A stretch of 57,724 nucleotides of DNA, counting the filler, from Sphacelaria rigidula (Eukaryota), in NCBI GenBank assembly GCA_964200075.2. It is 3 parts of 3 records of this genome, joined end to end, with 100 filler letters (N's around TTAATTAATTAA, not from the genome) between each part and the next. Parts side by side here need not be neighbours in the genome. Positions count along the whole stretch, not along the records: positions 1 to 19,180 come from CAXNAA020000718.1; positions 19,281 to 38,454 come from CAXNAA020000719.1; 1 more part is not named here. One strand, written 5' to 3'. Both the position numbers and the translations under genes were made by a program. Under the pieces are notes generated by a model. It worked only from the letters and a program-made list of their open reading frames with translations, did no database searches and had not been told where the DNA came from. Below, piece by piece: positions 14,201 through 26,989 of the stretch (position 1 is its first letter; each line of letters begins with the position of its first letter).

Positions 14201-17200
14201 CTTCCACGTGTTCGCCCCATATACGACTTGTGTAGGATGCCACGGTGCGGACATCGGAGCCGGAGCTATCTCTACAGGTTTACCGTCGCTTCTTCCGCGC
14301 TCGAACACTCATTAAGCTCGGAGGGAGCGACAACGGACGGGATCTGGCTACCGCCTTGACCGACTTCAGGTGGCGTCAAAGAGCATCCGCGCTCGTAGCA
14401 GGCGTGATATTCTCCGTTTATCGCTGGTGTCCTGGTGTTTGGTTGCAATGGCTATCCACTATTCCCGCGTCCCTTTCGCGAGGCCTACGTTTTTCCCTAT
14501 AACAAACCCGCCTACTTCGTAATGTATCCGCAGCACAATATTGATAAAAGCATTATATAAGCTGTGAGCTCACGTTTACTTGTGTGGTGCCATCTTCGCT
14601 TGCTTTCTCTTTTTTCCCTTGGTACGCGCGCATGCGTATCGGCAGCGGCGCGGCCGCTACTCCCGACGGACCCGCTCCCAAGAGCATGCTGGCAAACTAC
14701 ACCGTACTGCTCACAACGGTACCGCCGCCAACCCCTGCTACGCAGCCACCTGCACCAGGTGGAACGCTGCCGCAAGCTCCCGAGGTGGGTCGGTCCCCAT
14801 TGAAGTGTTCGGGGGGCGCCGACGAGGCGCCGGCGGGGGTTCCCGCAGCGCGCTACGAGGAAGCGGATGTACGCGATGCCCTGGTCGATCGAGACGTGGG
14901 GGAGAGCATTGTGTGCCGGCGACGGTACCGTATTCTGCCCGACTTCGTTGCCGGAGACCAACCCTACGTGGTGAGTGCTGTGCGTTGCCGCACAAAACCG
15001 ACATGACACCTTCGTCTTGTTGCAAAGTGTGGTATGATTCTCCGTGTATGCTTTTACGACAGCAATGCACGTGAGAGCCGCGTACTTGGACCATGATACA
15101 TTGATCAAAATCGATACATCGTTAGCTATGGGTTGTCACGACCTATCGGTTGTGGTCATGAGCGGCACCAATACACCCATCTGTTACGTGGCACGGCCCG
15201 AGGGGGAGATGCGGAGAGTTTTTGTTCTTCACGCCGCGTAGTGTATCATTACCCCACGGAATATATGGTGCTGGAGAGATTTTTGTTTTCACTTCTTTTT
15301 TTTTTGCGCTTTTCTCGGCAAAAATCCCTCGGGCGGTTCGTGATGAGCTCGATTTACAAAAACATGAAGCCGAAACGTACATTTTTTCTGCCTCGGGTGG
15401 CACCTCCGCTGCGTGTCCCTCAGCAGCCGAGCGTGGCCGTTTCGTTTCAAGGTTGTAATGTTGCCCGGGAGCTACGTCGCCTCGACACTGATGGATCCCA
15501 ATATATTGGCAATGCATTAGTTTATTGGCTGCGTCAAATTTCACTATACAATATAGATAAAGGCGACTATGCACAGTCCTAATGAACGTGGAATTGGCGT
15601 AGTGACGTGGGGAGGGGTGTTCTGGGATCGGCGTCAGACCTTCGCTGCGCATGATCTTGTTTTTATCTGGCAAGAAGCGCATGCATAGATTTTCATCCGC
15701 TCCTAATGCGTGTGTACATTCACACAAACGCCAAGCTGAGGACAGAGTGTGCCAACAGGTTTTTTTACGTGGCAGGATCTGTGCTGCCTGCAGAGTTTCA
15801 TTGTGGAACGGTGATACCATAGCGCCATGCAATGCGGCGCTCTCGATGGCTTACGCCCGTGTTACCGAAACACATTAAAAGCAAGCGTCGCGCCCGACGT
15901 TTTGAAAGGTCAATCTAAGATCAGGTGAAAATTTAGCTCCGCTGACTTCGCCGTTGTGTCAACACCTGTTCGTGATTTGCTCTTCACGTGCCGGTGCTCG
16001 GTCCGTCCCCATTGTCAATATCTTGGTTTTCACTTTGCCCAGGACCGCGAGTACACCATACCGAAGCTGCCCATCGAGCTACAGGGCTTACGGCTGACGT
16101 GCATTCAAACTGCCCAGGGGGACAAACGGGCAGGCGGTTCACGGCTGTGGCGACTGTCGCTCATGCAGGTCGGGGTTGCTAGTGCGCAAAGAGATACAAC
16201 ATCACTAGCGTGCTGACCTTAACCGTCGCGTTCTTCCCTGTTGTCGGTTTGTATCCACCTGCTTCAAATGCCTTCATTCAGTTGCGATTCGTCGTGCATT
16301 CTTGCGTCCGACAAGGGAGAACGCCAGCGGGGTGCACGTCCTCCGATCCTATGTCTAGTATAGCCTTACCCCACAACGCCGCTAGCTCGGCCCTACGCAT
16401 TTTACGTCAAGGTTACTGACCAATACCCGCGTAAAACCTTGTGCTCGGGGGGTGTTTTGTGCGTGTATCCCACTCGCAGGACTCTATAGTGCTGGTGGTG
16501 TTCGACGCTCGCGCGACGTCGGTGCCGCAGTGGCTGGCTGCCTCGGGCTTTGCGTTGTGGGAGGGTGTCGAGGTGGCGGGGGCAGAGTATAGACTTCCGT
16601 ATGTCTACAAGGTGTGTTGCGCCGTGTACAGTTTGACGCGTGGATTGTGCCCTGCAAGCTACCAGATGATAACTCGCGAGCAGCACCATAGGTATCCCAA
16701 CGATCGGACGTGCTCTCCCATGTTGTTGACTCGTCGTGGCGGGCTACTTTTTTCAGGCCGAGATATTGCGCGGTGTGGATCGGCTTTTGAATTTATCAGC
16801 ATCGTCTATTGTGGTGAAGTTCATATTTTGATATTCTCAGGTCCTCGTTTCCTTCACCTTGTTTGGTGTGTTGTGATTTTCGTCCATGGCGTTGGGGTGG
16901 TTTCCAAGACTACTTCGAGTCATTCACCGACCATGCTCAACATGCGACGCTCGACCTCTTACCCCATTTCGCGTACGATTTCCTCACCCGGCCTTTTCCT
17001 CCCGTGCTGTGCACCACAAACTTACTGCGAAACTGACAGGTATACCGGAAAAGGTGCCGGACTGGGTTAGTCTGGCTGGGAGGCAACGGCGCGAGAGGTA
17101 GCAAAGGCGCAAAGCGCGGCTACTTCGTCCTCATTCACGCTGCCGATCGCCCGGTCGAAGCTGCCTCGTCGCCGAAAGCAGCCCCTCACTCCCTCCCGTC

Positions 17201-18071
17201 ACCACACGGCAGCGCCATTGCGCACTACGCGGGCAGCGACAGTACGGGCGTTACCGGCAAGGAAGCTACAATCCGTGGTAGCAGCGGTCTGCCGACAAGT
17301 GTAGAAAGTCACGACGCAACGGAGCAGGAAGTGGGCATTAGGCCTCTCTCGTCTCGCTCACGCTCGTCACGCTCATCGACCGGATTTTCGTTCGACGGCG
17401 ACCGCGGCGGGGGTCGTGGCGGCGGCGACGAGGACGATAATGACTCCGTCGCGTCCGCACGGTCTACGCCGGGGAGCAGACCATCACTGCTAGGGGGAAC
17501 AATGAAGAGGTCCCGATCTGCCCAAGCGCTCGGCGACTCCTTGGAAGATGCTGCTGCCGAGACAGGCGGGGTCAAGGAGAGCCGTGTCGCGAACCGTGAG
17601 CGGCGAAGCATGTCCACAACCTCTTACCATGAGCCAACCGAAAGGGCTGCTACCAGTCGCGGCGGAGGGAATCGTAGCCGCGCGTGGACGGGGGGGGAAG
17701 CGAGCGGCGCATGGAGCGCAGACCTTCGCGCCTTCGCTGCAGAAAACGATGCGCTTGTCCGCCCCGGCGGCGGCGGTGAGCATGGAAGACCGAGCGAAGC
17801 TCGTGAACGCGGTCTTCAACGCATTTCGGCGGTGTGGAATTCAGAGAAGGACGGCCCGCTCTCGCAGATACCCGTACCCTTCGACCGGGTAGGTCGGCGG
17901 TGGAGCCGCACGTTCAATGTTGACGCCGCCAACACGGCGGGACCGCTGGAGACCTCCGGTGCGACGTTGGGCGTGTCGGTGTCGGCGCTCACGGGACAGT
18001 TTCATCGCACCCGCGTTGTCACGCTGTACCCGCGGCTGATTGTGCGTAACTTTCTGGGTATTCCGCTGGAG
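332..18071 (+). CDS. VPS13: VPS13-family lipid transfer protein, partial (VAB/SHR-binding region), multi-exon
   Basis: GT-AG exons: 332-553, 1132-1223, 1574-3458, 3891-4070, 4632-4882, 9513-9771, ~11300/11466-11641 (5' edge uncertain), 12124-12267, 13693-13851, 14236-14369, 14646-14970, 16043-16168, 16480-16611, 17040-18071. Junction phases are compatible wherever both edges are defined. VPS13 motifs: YYNPLVDAREHCIEPW, LVVNLTSAL, LRSNVCLHNAS, LTVQPSYLITNTLPCTLEV, LTFYAPYWIVNKTGL and WSRTFNVD...LGVSVSALTGQFHRTRVVTLYPRLIVRN. The 5' end is outside the window and the 3' part is not found after the gap. Confidence 0.88.
1574..3458 (+). CDS. VPS13: VPS13 large exon (VAB repeats with Gly/Ser-rich insertions)
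   Basis: Within ORF 1515..3698. Acceptor ttccccag|G and donor AAA|gtgagt. Phase matches both neighbouring exons. Confidence 0.85.
4632..4882 (+). CDS. VPS13: VPS13 exon with SHR-BD signature FYAPYWIVNKTGL
   Basis: Acceptor aacag|GAT and donor GG|gtgagc. Carries the conserved Y-x-PYWIVNKTGL motif. Confidence 0.85.
6696..7602 (+). mobile_element. Non-autonomous Helitron-like element nested in hAT-like copy 1
   Basis: 5' TC follows an A and 3' CTAG precedes a T. A GC-rich hairpin (cgggagg 7566-7572 / cctcccg 7583-7589) lies 9 nt before CTAG. There is no TSD, and the segment is absent from the homologous position of copy 2. Confidence 0.7.
7613..8201. mobile_element. Stowaway/Tc1-mariner-like MITE nested in hAT-like copy 1
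   Basis: ~33-bp TIR CTCCCT(T/C)TGACCGAGAATA(T/C)AAGCAAGATTTGGA at both ends, flanked by TA on each side. Confidence 0.8.
8834..9388. mobile_element. MITE-like element with internal ~41-bp tandem repeats
   Basis: TIR CA(T/A)GGTTGTGTT(C/A)TGTAGGGTAC at 8834-8856 and 9366-9388. Internal units TTACAGAA...TCGGGT...GGTATG at about 8886, 8927, 8968 and onward. No TSD is recognisable. Confidence 0.65.
17040..18071 (+). CDS. VPS13: VPS13 exon (end of second inserted module, low-complexity linker, resumption of VAB repeat)
   Basis: Acceptor ctgacag|GTA, open for 344 codons, donor GAG|gtaagc. Encodes WSRTFNVD...TRVVTLYPRLIVRN. Confidence 0.85.
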
Positions 18072-19180
18072 GTAAGCTGCTTGAAATGCGTCTCTGTGCC
18101 TGACCGGACGGAAGATGAAATGCAGGTGGTGTACTGCAGTCGGCGGTATGTACTCCGGCAGTACTACATGAGTACAGGAGGTTTGTCCACGTGGGTCAGT
18201 GTGCCCCGCCGTACCTGGAAGCGACATGGTCGGTGGCAACGGCTGTCTTGGCACCCCGCCAATAGTAGCGGGCGGTAGCAGGTACAGGCTGATCCCTCTA
18301 CTTGAGGTACTAGATGGTCTCTGAGGCAAATAATTTGCGAGCAGCAGCAAAAAAAACGTAACAAATAGTTTTGATGCTGCTGTGCAATCGTCCCAGAGCG
18401 CGCCGTCCGGTCTGATCGACCACTCGGGACTATGCCGTCACATCTGACACAGCCTGGTAGTGCCAGTTGGGGGACGGATTGACACAAGAATAAACATACC
18501 TGTAATCACACTCGATTGTCCTGAATTTTGATATGCGCGTTGCTGGCACCAAGAAAACAACAATGATACCCCTGTTTTCGAAAACCTCAACCCGTCGTTC
18601 TTCGAAAGTTCTGCTAAACCAGATACATCGGCAAAAACGTCTACAATGAATGGTATGGGATTTCCAAGACCTTGGGAACATACACATCCTCGATGCCTCA
18701 CTCGAGGGTCGAGAGTTAGAAAGCTTGAATTTTTGGCGAGAGGCCCGCATCGACTCTTGAAAGCCATCGTTACGGTTAGTATTTATTGAAAGTTCCGGAG
18801 TTAAGGCCGTTTCTTCCGGTTGGCCATTTTCCCTCGTATTTCGCAACATATTATGAGGAAAAAATACCGCTGGGAAAATACTATGAGAGATGTTGACCCT
18901 AGCTTACGGTTGCAGATATATTTTTGAGGGGGGTGGGTACCAAAAGGGTAGGGGGATACCAAAAGAACGGTCAGCGGAAACCGAAGGGATGTGCAGGCCA
19001 AGGCGAGGTACAAAGACCTGAAGACTTTGCCATGCCAAGCTCCCTGTGTCTATTTTAAAACACGTGAAACGTAGACCTCCCCCGATCGCTGCTGGCCCAG
19101 CTCGCACTGTGCAATATGACATCTTCAATCTATACTGCCATATCACGTACGCGGCAGTACAGACAAAGGTACTGTTGTAC

Positions 19181-19280
19181 NNNNNNNNNNNNNNNNNNNN
19201 NNNNNNNNNNNNNNNNNNNNNNNNTTAATTAATTAANNNNNNNNNNNNNNNNNNNNNNNNNNNNNNNNNNNNNNNNNNNN
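19181..19280. other. Assembly gap with artificial TTAATTAATTAA linker
   Basis: N runs flank a linker with stop codons in all six frames. Confidence 0.95.
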
Positions 19281-19959
19281 CAGACGCCAGACACGTCATT
19301 CCTGACCAGCCTCATTGGTCGTTTTGGAGGCCCAATCCCAAACGGGTTAACATTATCGAGCACGATCAGTTGCACAGCTATGTCTGTTGACCATTTCTCA
19401 ACGAACATCCTATCGATTCGACAGATGAGCACATCTGAAAGTTTTCGAAGTTTTACGCTGTTGGTGATCGCCCTTGCTGAATGTTCCGAGTTTTGTCTGC
19501 CACTGCTGATACCTGTAGCTCCAGGAGTTTTCGGAGGATGATGTTTCCACATTGTACGTGCACCGTGAGTGGACGCAGTTAGCTGTTCCCACCAAGAAAT
19601 TACCACGAACATTTTTTTTTAATCACCAAGCGTGCAGCACCCGTGGTGCCGATCACATGGGTTTGAGTCCCTACAGAAGTAATCGAAGTGTATCAATAAC
19701 AGATGCCGCTGTGATTGTCACCTTCATTCGTCCGACACGCCCACCTACAAGCCCAAGACTGCTTGTTTCGATCATCATCATAGTCCATGCCTGGTAGGTA
19801 CACGGGGCCTTCCGCCTCTCCTCTGTCAGACCGCTCCAGAACTCAGTGTTGCCCTCCAGGAAGATCCGTTCAGCTCCTACCCAGGAGACGTATTACGGGT
19901 CCCGCAACACTCCACTGAGTAAGAAGGTTGTCCTACTCGTACCTGCTGTCCCTGGGTAC

Positions 19960-21160
19960 GAAACCTGTAGTTAAATCAGTACCCGAACGAGTGCAATGTA
20001 TGGAACTTACCATACCCACACTTGTCCAGTACAAGTAGAATGGGGTCCTGGTTCCACATACATACGGTCAGCGCGGATGCGAAACATTCCATAGAAATCA
20101 ACCGCCGCATCAGCGCGGCGTGGGCGCGTCCCCGAAAGTATAGTTCCCACCTCTACGATCGATCCAACGCCCAGCTATCCTTGAAAGCCCTGCTGCTTGA
20201 AACGCAGGTGATACGGATGTGCCATATAAACGTTACATTCCCACGACTTCGACAGTCTGCGCACTGCCCATCACGAGGTTTTGCTACGAGTGGTTGGATT
20301 CCGGGAGTAGCTCGAACCGGCTACTAGACACTTTCTTACAGAGCTGTGCGCGTGATGACCGACTACGAATATCGAGACGACTATCCGCGAGCGCCAACTC
20401 TGGTTCGCTATGGTCTTTGTCCGGCAGAACGAAACACGCCCCCCCAAACCCATCATGCAGTGGAGGTTAGCCGCGCAAAGGCCCAGTGAGGCTGTCCGCA
20501 CCCCCAAACAGTGGGAGGACAATCTCTCGGAGAACCTGCATACACCAGGACTCTTCCTCGCAAGGGAGCTGGACGGAATGGTTCGTTGACGGTGTAATGG
20601 TTAACGACGCGTCCTTGGTCGGGGGTTTTGCGGTGTTCCCTGGCGTGTGTTTAAACCTGCTCTAGTGTAGTGTGTCCATTGGGTTCCATCACCTCTGTAG
20701 TCTCCTTTTTCTCTGTTCTCTCTTCCTTTCCCCATCTTTCTCTCTCTATGTGTATGTGCTCCTTCCTCCCGGTGTATGCATATAGCAATTCGGTGCCTCG
20801 GTTCCGTAGGGTTCATAGATGAGAACTTTATAGCCAAAATATTGAGGTGCAGATAGATGAGCCACGTTGCTGTACCCACGGCTTTTTGTTCTTTTTACGA
20901 CTGGGTATAAGTGTGTGCTTTTGCGCGGGACCTCTTTGACAAAAGCCATGTTGAATAGGCCGACCATTTATAGTTTTTCGTCTTTGCTTCGATTTTTTAT
21001 TTTTCGTTTTCCCTGTCTACTCTGTTTGTCTGTTTCACCTTTCCATTTTCTCCATTTTTCTTCAGCGAGTGCTTTCGTCCCAGTTCTTGCTCAGGCACGT
21101 CCATGATGTGACCACAACTGCATTCCTGGAGTAATGGGAAATGTGCGGCAATCAATCAAA
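19960..21160 (+). mobile_element. Degenerate 5'-truncated RTE-like LINE (RT C-terminal region, 3' UTR, (CAAT)n tail)
   Basis: VSADAKHSIEINRRISAAWAR...LYDRSNAQLSLKALLLETQVI and a later KQWEDNLSENL resemble the post-RT region of RTE-clade ORF2. The reading frame is disrupted. It ends in caatcaatcaaa (21149-21160). Confidence 0.6.
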
Positions 21161-24100
21161 TACGAACAGGTCGTAGCCAAAATCAGGCCAGCCATTAAAC
21201 ACACACCTTGACGCCCACCCAGCGAGATACGTATTGCGGTGGACTTCCATGGGAAGATCCGAACGAGGGAAACAACTGCTTATTTCGCAGTAGGGCTTGA
21301 TTCTTGGCATAGACGAAAACGTGGGCCCTATTCGAACCATCTGTGGCACGTGCATGCTCACGCGCACCGCCTTTCATGGGTTGAATTGCTCTTCCTTAAG
21401 CTTTGGTATGTTCGAATCACAGAATGACCATCGCTTCCAAGGATGTGTTATTGCTCCATGCCCGCAATAGTCAACACGCTGAAGGTCGCCCGCATGAAAC
21501 TACTCCAGGACACAATTCGCTTCTACGGGGTCAACTGCTGTAGATATTTCATGCTGGTTGCGCTAAAAGTCGGAAAGATCGCCGAGAAGAGCGGCCTTTG
21601 CACGGACAAGTTTAAACCCGAAATGCAAATGTCAGAAATGGTGCAGCCCGTCCATCGGGCGGACCGGAAAATGTTACCAGCACAACAAAAACAGTCGTCA
21701 CGTGGACACATACAGAGTCAGAAAAAGAAGCAGGGTATCCTCGACAAACGTTGTGCCGTAGAAGGGGGCGGGGTAGCAGAAGAGAAGCAGCGCTTTTTCG
21801 GCACATTTACCTGGATGTGGAGCTGTAGCAGCAACCAAATACTCTGCTACTTTGGGAAGTAGGCTCGACCACGCGGGTCGCCCGCACTACGCGAGCGACG
21901 CAGGTTTCTGATCGGTGCGCAGATGGGCTGAGGCGGAGCCTGTCCTCACCGCCATTGTGGGCACAGCACGGTAGTACTACTGCATGTGCGTCACGACACA
22001 CGGAGTGGACAAGAGCACGAACACATACCGCAAAAGATATCCTGCACGGTTCATGATCACGTGTCAATTCAGGAGTCGGTACTGGTGCTGCATGGTGCTA
22101 CACGAAAAAGCTTCATGAGAACATTTTTCGATTGGCCCGCACTGCATGAAAACGTCCATACCCATGGTCTCGGCCCCGCACTCTTTTCAATCTCGCACGA
22201 GTTTGTGGGAGATGCCCAGCATTTTGTGTGGACATCTGGGCTTCTGGGGATGAGGTAGGCGACTGTAGATCGCCTGAGTAACATATAGAGATGTTGGTAA
22301 TGGTGTGACTACTCACGTGCACTGCCCCAGTTTTGACCCTCGATCAGCATATGGGGATGAATACTCGGTACCAGCAGATCACAACCTGGACACTGGAACG
22401 ATATTCAAAATGTGTTTCGCATGACGACACATACGTAAACCTCGCCAAGCGTAAACATCTCTAATGCGAAGTCCAACCACTCAGTGGTCAGCCGACACTA
22501 CGAGGCTGTTTTCAGCAATGTTAGGACTAGGACCACCCGTTGAGGACATCTCGTGGGTATCAGAGCAAAGCGGAGGACGTATGATTGCATGTAGTATTTA
22601 TATGCAGTCATTTTGAAGGCCTTTCACATTTCCGGTGTCTTTCGTGTCTTTTGTCACGTGTCCATGTTTTTGAACCGGTTCGCAGCGGCACCGTGCTAGA
22701 GTTATGCCTCGTTCCATCACGAGACTATGAGGGTTTTGCGTGGTCCAAGCAGGATCATGGTCATATCCTTGGCGTATGGAAAATCAAATATTCACATGAA
22801 TGACGGCAGGATGCGTAAGGCGTTTTCCACGTGAACGGTCGGTCGGACGCGTGAAACATTTTCACTGCTGCTGTCTCGCTCATATATGGGCATGTGAGAG
22901 TTGTGCCCAGTTCTAAGCTGACCACGTGAGATTGCCACTGTCTGACGCGTTTCCTGTGCGGTCTGACCGACAGTCATGCCATGCTTCCACCCGGCGACGT
23001 GAAAATTCCTGCCACATTCAAAAATGAGTATGCTAGGTCAGCGCAAGCCTTGAATGATATTTGTTTTCAATGACGGGAGAGGTACCATCTCACACCGTTG
23101 GAGGTGAACTCGGTTGGTGAATCAAAGATTTCTCCAGAGTACGCAAGTGCGACCGACCCGTAAATTGAACTTCGTACAGAAAACGTGATACCTTACTTTT
23201 TTCAATACGTTTAGCCCTCCCTCCATGGGCACAGGTGGGGTGCATTACCATGCACAGCGCAGTGTCGAGTTTGGCACGTGGCACTCATGCGGCATTTCTC
23301 GTCTTACATGGATTGGGTGTCATCTGAACGGCATTAGGCAGAGTAAACGCGTATTGCAGCGCACCACATGTTACAAAAACGTGGATGTATTACGGCATAC
23401 AAAACGTCCATTATTTTGCGCTCAAAAGAGACCTATAAACGAGCATGATAACCCAGTACCCTTAGGCTCACCGTTCAACAAGTGGCAGGTTCGGATCCGG
23501 CGTCGGGGAGCAGATGGTAGCAGCAGACATACCTACTATGCATGAATAGCCGCCGCGCCCCAGTGTTCTGACGGTATAACTGACTCCGTAAGGTCGAAAA
23601 AATGCAGGCTCTGTCTCGGCCGATGCTTTTGGATTTGTTTGTGAACTATTGTCTAATTTTCGCTGTTGAGGCCGCTTCTTGTGGTCCAAGAAAATACTCT
23701 GAGTTACGTTCGGGCATTGACCTTCTCCCGAGAACGTTGCTTGACGGAAGCAGTTTTCACAATATTTTTTTTGTTATGAGTCTGCAAGACGTTTAGAGGG
23801 CTCAACACCAAAATTGAGGCGCCCGCCGGCATGATACCTGTCATCATTACTTCGGGACAAAGCAGCGGCCGCCGTTCTGTCCGTCGTCTAGAGCTATGCA
23901 CTCTCTGCACTGCCCTTAGCCGTGCTTGCATGTACTGCACAATGCTCTGCCTTCGCTGTCGCTCTGCACGTGCCGTACAGAATACTGTGGCCCCCTTTAC
24001 GTATGTATGCGTGTACTGTACAGCAGATGTGTGTAATCGTCTGTAGTGTTGCACACCAGTACTGGCTGCATCGTACTGCTATTGTTGTTATACCACTGTA

Positions 24101-26989
24101 CAGTGCGTGTGCTGTTCGTACTGTGGTGTGTGCAGCTGTTGTATGGGCTGTCTCTACAGCTAGTTGGACCCAGCTTGACGCGTTTTTTTTTATGGGCCTT
24201 TTTCCCGATGAACTTGATCTTCCCGAAAACATTTACTTTCCTTGACGAGATGGGCGGAAGAAAGCGCCTCTCTAGATAAACTCTCGGTCTCGGACAATGT
24301 TTTCCCCAGAAAATGTCCCATGAGAAACCGTTTCAGGAAACAGCATGTGGAAACCCCCCCGAACGTTTGCTAGAGAACCATTTTCGGATCATAGGAAGTG
24401 ACCTGTGAACGTGATAGCGGGTGATGCAAGAAGAGTTTCGTTGACGACAGTTGACGTGGTACGGGAATGCTGATCATGATCCAATCGGCGAACCGAACTT
24501 GCAAGGCGTGTACCACGGGAAAAGTTGGGTGATCCTTGAGACCACCGACTTGTCCCGAGGAGCGGAAGGGAGAGGTAGGGGTCGACATTGTTCAGAATAA
24601 GTACTATGGTAACACCAATCAACAGGATTCAAGAATCGCACGACCTGGACAATGATTTCGAACGCTTTTGTGCAGCGAAAGCATGCGTATCTACCCCCAT
24701 TTTCATCTGTACCGATGCTGATGCCGTGCCCCGAGAGTTCCATCAACATGTCACACATGAAAAGAGTGAAACGAAATGGAGTAAAATGTGAATTTCGCCG
24801 CCGCGCTTGGGTGATTTTTGACTGGCCTACCAAGAGTCGGTAGAGGGACGGGGGGGCGGGGAGGGGGGGAGTAGGTTGTCGGTTGGAGGGCCGACAAGTT
24901 CGGGGTTCTTTTGTTAAAAAAATATCGAGTCCCGTCACTGAAAACGCGAGGATGCGAGCAGCAAAGCAAAAATCGATGACGCTCAACACTGTGCGTCATG
25001 ATCGATCCGCGATACCAACATATGGGGCATGTACTGGGAGAGAGATGGCTTTTTGCCTTGAGATTACGGACTCGTTCCAAGGAGGCGGGTGAGGGAGGTT
25101 GTCTCACGATGTTGCATGCCGTAATCACAGGACTGTTGGCCTCGCATCTCTACAAAGCCGGGACGAAGCACGCCGGGTTTTCGACGGACCAGCCTCGCGA
25201 TCACCAAGCGCGAAGCGCCGTGTGATGTGTTCGGCGAGTCGCGTGAAGGGTGAGCTGCGTCCTGCTACAGTAAGATTTGTTAAGCCCGAAGCGCACTGGC
25301 TATCTTTCATGTGGATGACAGTCTGCAATGAGTTGCTTCATTTTCTGGTATCGCCGCTTCCAGAGACAACCACGGGCCACACACTGCCTCATGGGTGGCT
25401 TACCATCTAAGCATTACGTAGTACGATCATCCCCTTTGCGCGGAGTTCGGGTTCTCCACCCCGCACAATATGATCTAGGTCGACAACCATCATGGTTACC
25501 GCAAGTAAAATGTAGGCAAAACCAAACCCGGTAACCTGGTTGTCTAGCCTACGCAGTGAGTGGCGTGTTTCACAGCGTCGTTGCCAACCGACGCCGAGCG
25601 TCAAATGACGGAAGGTGGCATAAACGTATGACGGAGACACACACCCTCAATCAACATAACTTGCTGCAAACTAAACATATCGTGCCCTTGACGCCTCCCG
25701 AAGATCAGCGGTGAGCCCGTAAGTGTGAGAAGGCGACCGAGTACTGGTTAGGCTACGAATGAAAATAGCATGGACGAACACCGGCACGTGTACGACACAT
25801 CTAGTGACGCCTCATACTGAAGAGCGTCACCGCTCAGGTGTTCGTGACGGAATCACTTCCACGTACAACCCAGCGCCGAACGCAACGAAGCCACACCTCC
25901 AAAACTCATGAAGGTACTTCTCCCCTGCTGAAGCTCTACCCTTCGCTACCCCCGCTCCGGTCGCACACATGCGGTGATATATATATATATATATATATGC
26001 GGATGACGAGGATAATATCGTGTAGTGCACAATATCAGGATGTTGTTAGCTTACTGAAAGAGGAGCATAGCAGGTGGACAAAGGGCAGCACATACGGGTT
26101 CCTTGCCCAAAACCAACGCGTGCCTGCTGCCGTGTACGGTACCGTCCCACCTCAAAACCCGCACGGTCATGCTTAGATACCTAGATTTTCGATGTGTAAA
26201 GCCGACAGGATGCTGGAAGTTGGTAATAGGAAGCTCGGTTCGAATCAAGGATCATGAGAAGTATGACGGGCCCAGAATTGCAAGAAGGTCTATGCGGGAT
26301 ATTTTCAGTAGCCCTTGCGAGGTACTAAATCACATTCCGCAAGATACGACGCAACGCAATCAGCCAGACACGATACAACTCTGCGTCGAACAATCCGGCA
26401 CGATGCAACAATCTAAACCTCACGCGTGATGATGCACCAGCGAGGGTAGTGCTCTCCAACCTCGGGAAGAATACATTGCGTGCCGAATGACATACATGCC
26501 ATGGGTGTAGGGTAATTGATGCCCTCGAGGGCTGTGCATTTACGCAACGCACCATGTACAGCACGAAGAATGCAATATCCTCGATAAATAGACATTACAG
26601 TTGTGTGAGCAAAGGAGCCAACTACGTCTCCGCAGACCACGCCCCTCGGACCAGAACACATGCAGCATAACCTCCAATCTCTTTTTTTTACTGTCGTCGA
26701 CATCTGAGTCATGCCGTCTCCAGAACCAGCGTCCAACCAAGCGTCCTGGTCGAGTGATCCCAGCTCAACATTGCCTTACCGCGGGGTAACAACCTTCAGT
26801 GTGTCATGAACCTCTCCTCGCAAGTCGCCGCCCCCACCTTCTTGAACTCTGGAAGTGGCGGTACCAGATAATAAAGCAACTCATTGTAGGCTGTCATCCA
26901 AATGCAAGATAATCAGTNNNNNNNNNNAACCCGGCGTGCCCCGTCCCGGCATTGTAGGGATGCGAGGTCAATGGTCAGATTACTATGGC

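Noticed and set aside
19225-19236. Perfect palindrome TTAATTAATTAA inside N runs (also 38499-38510)
   Set aside because: Artificial scaffolding linker with stops in all six frames, not biological.
23890-24160. TACTG/TGCAC-rich block with Cys-rich ORFs and possible TAGAG...CTCTA ends
   Set aside because: Low-complexity sequence. The inverted match is too short and there is no TSD to call an element or gene.
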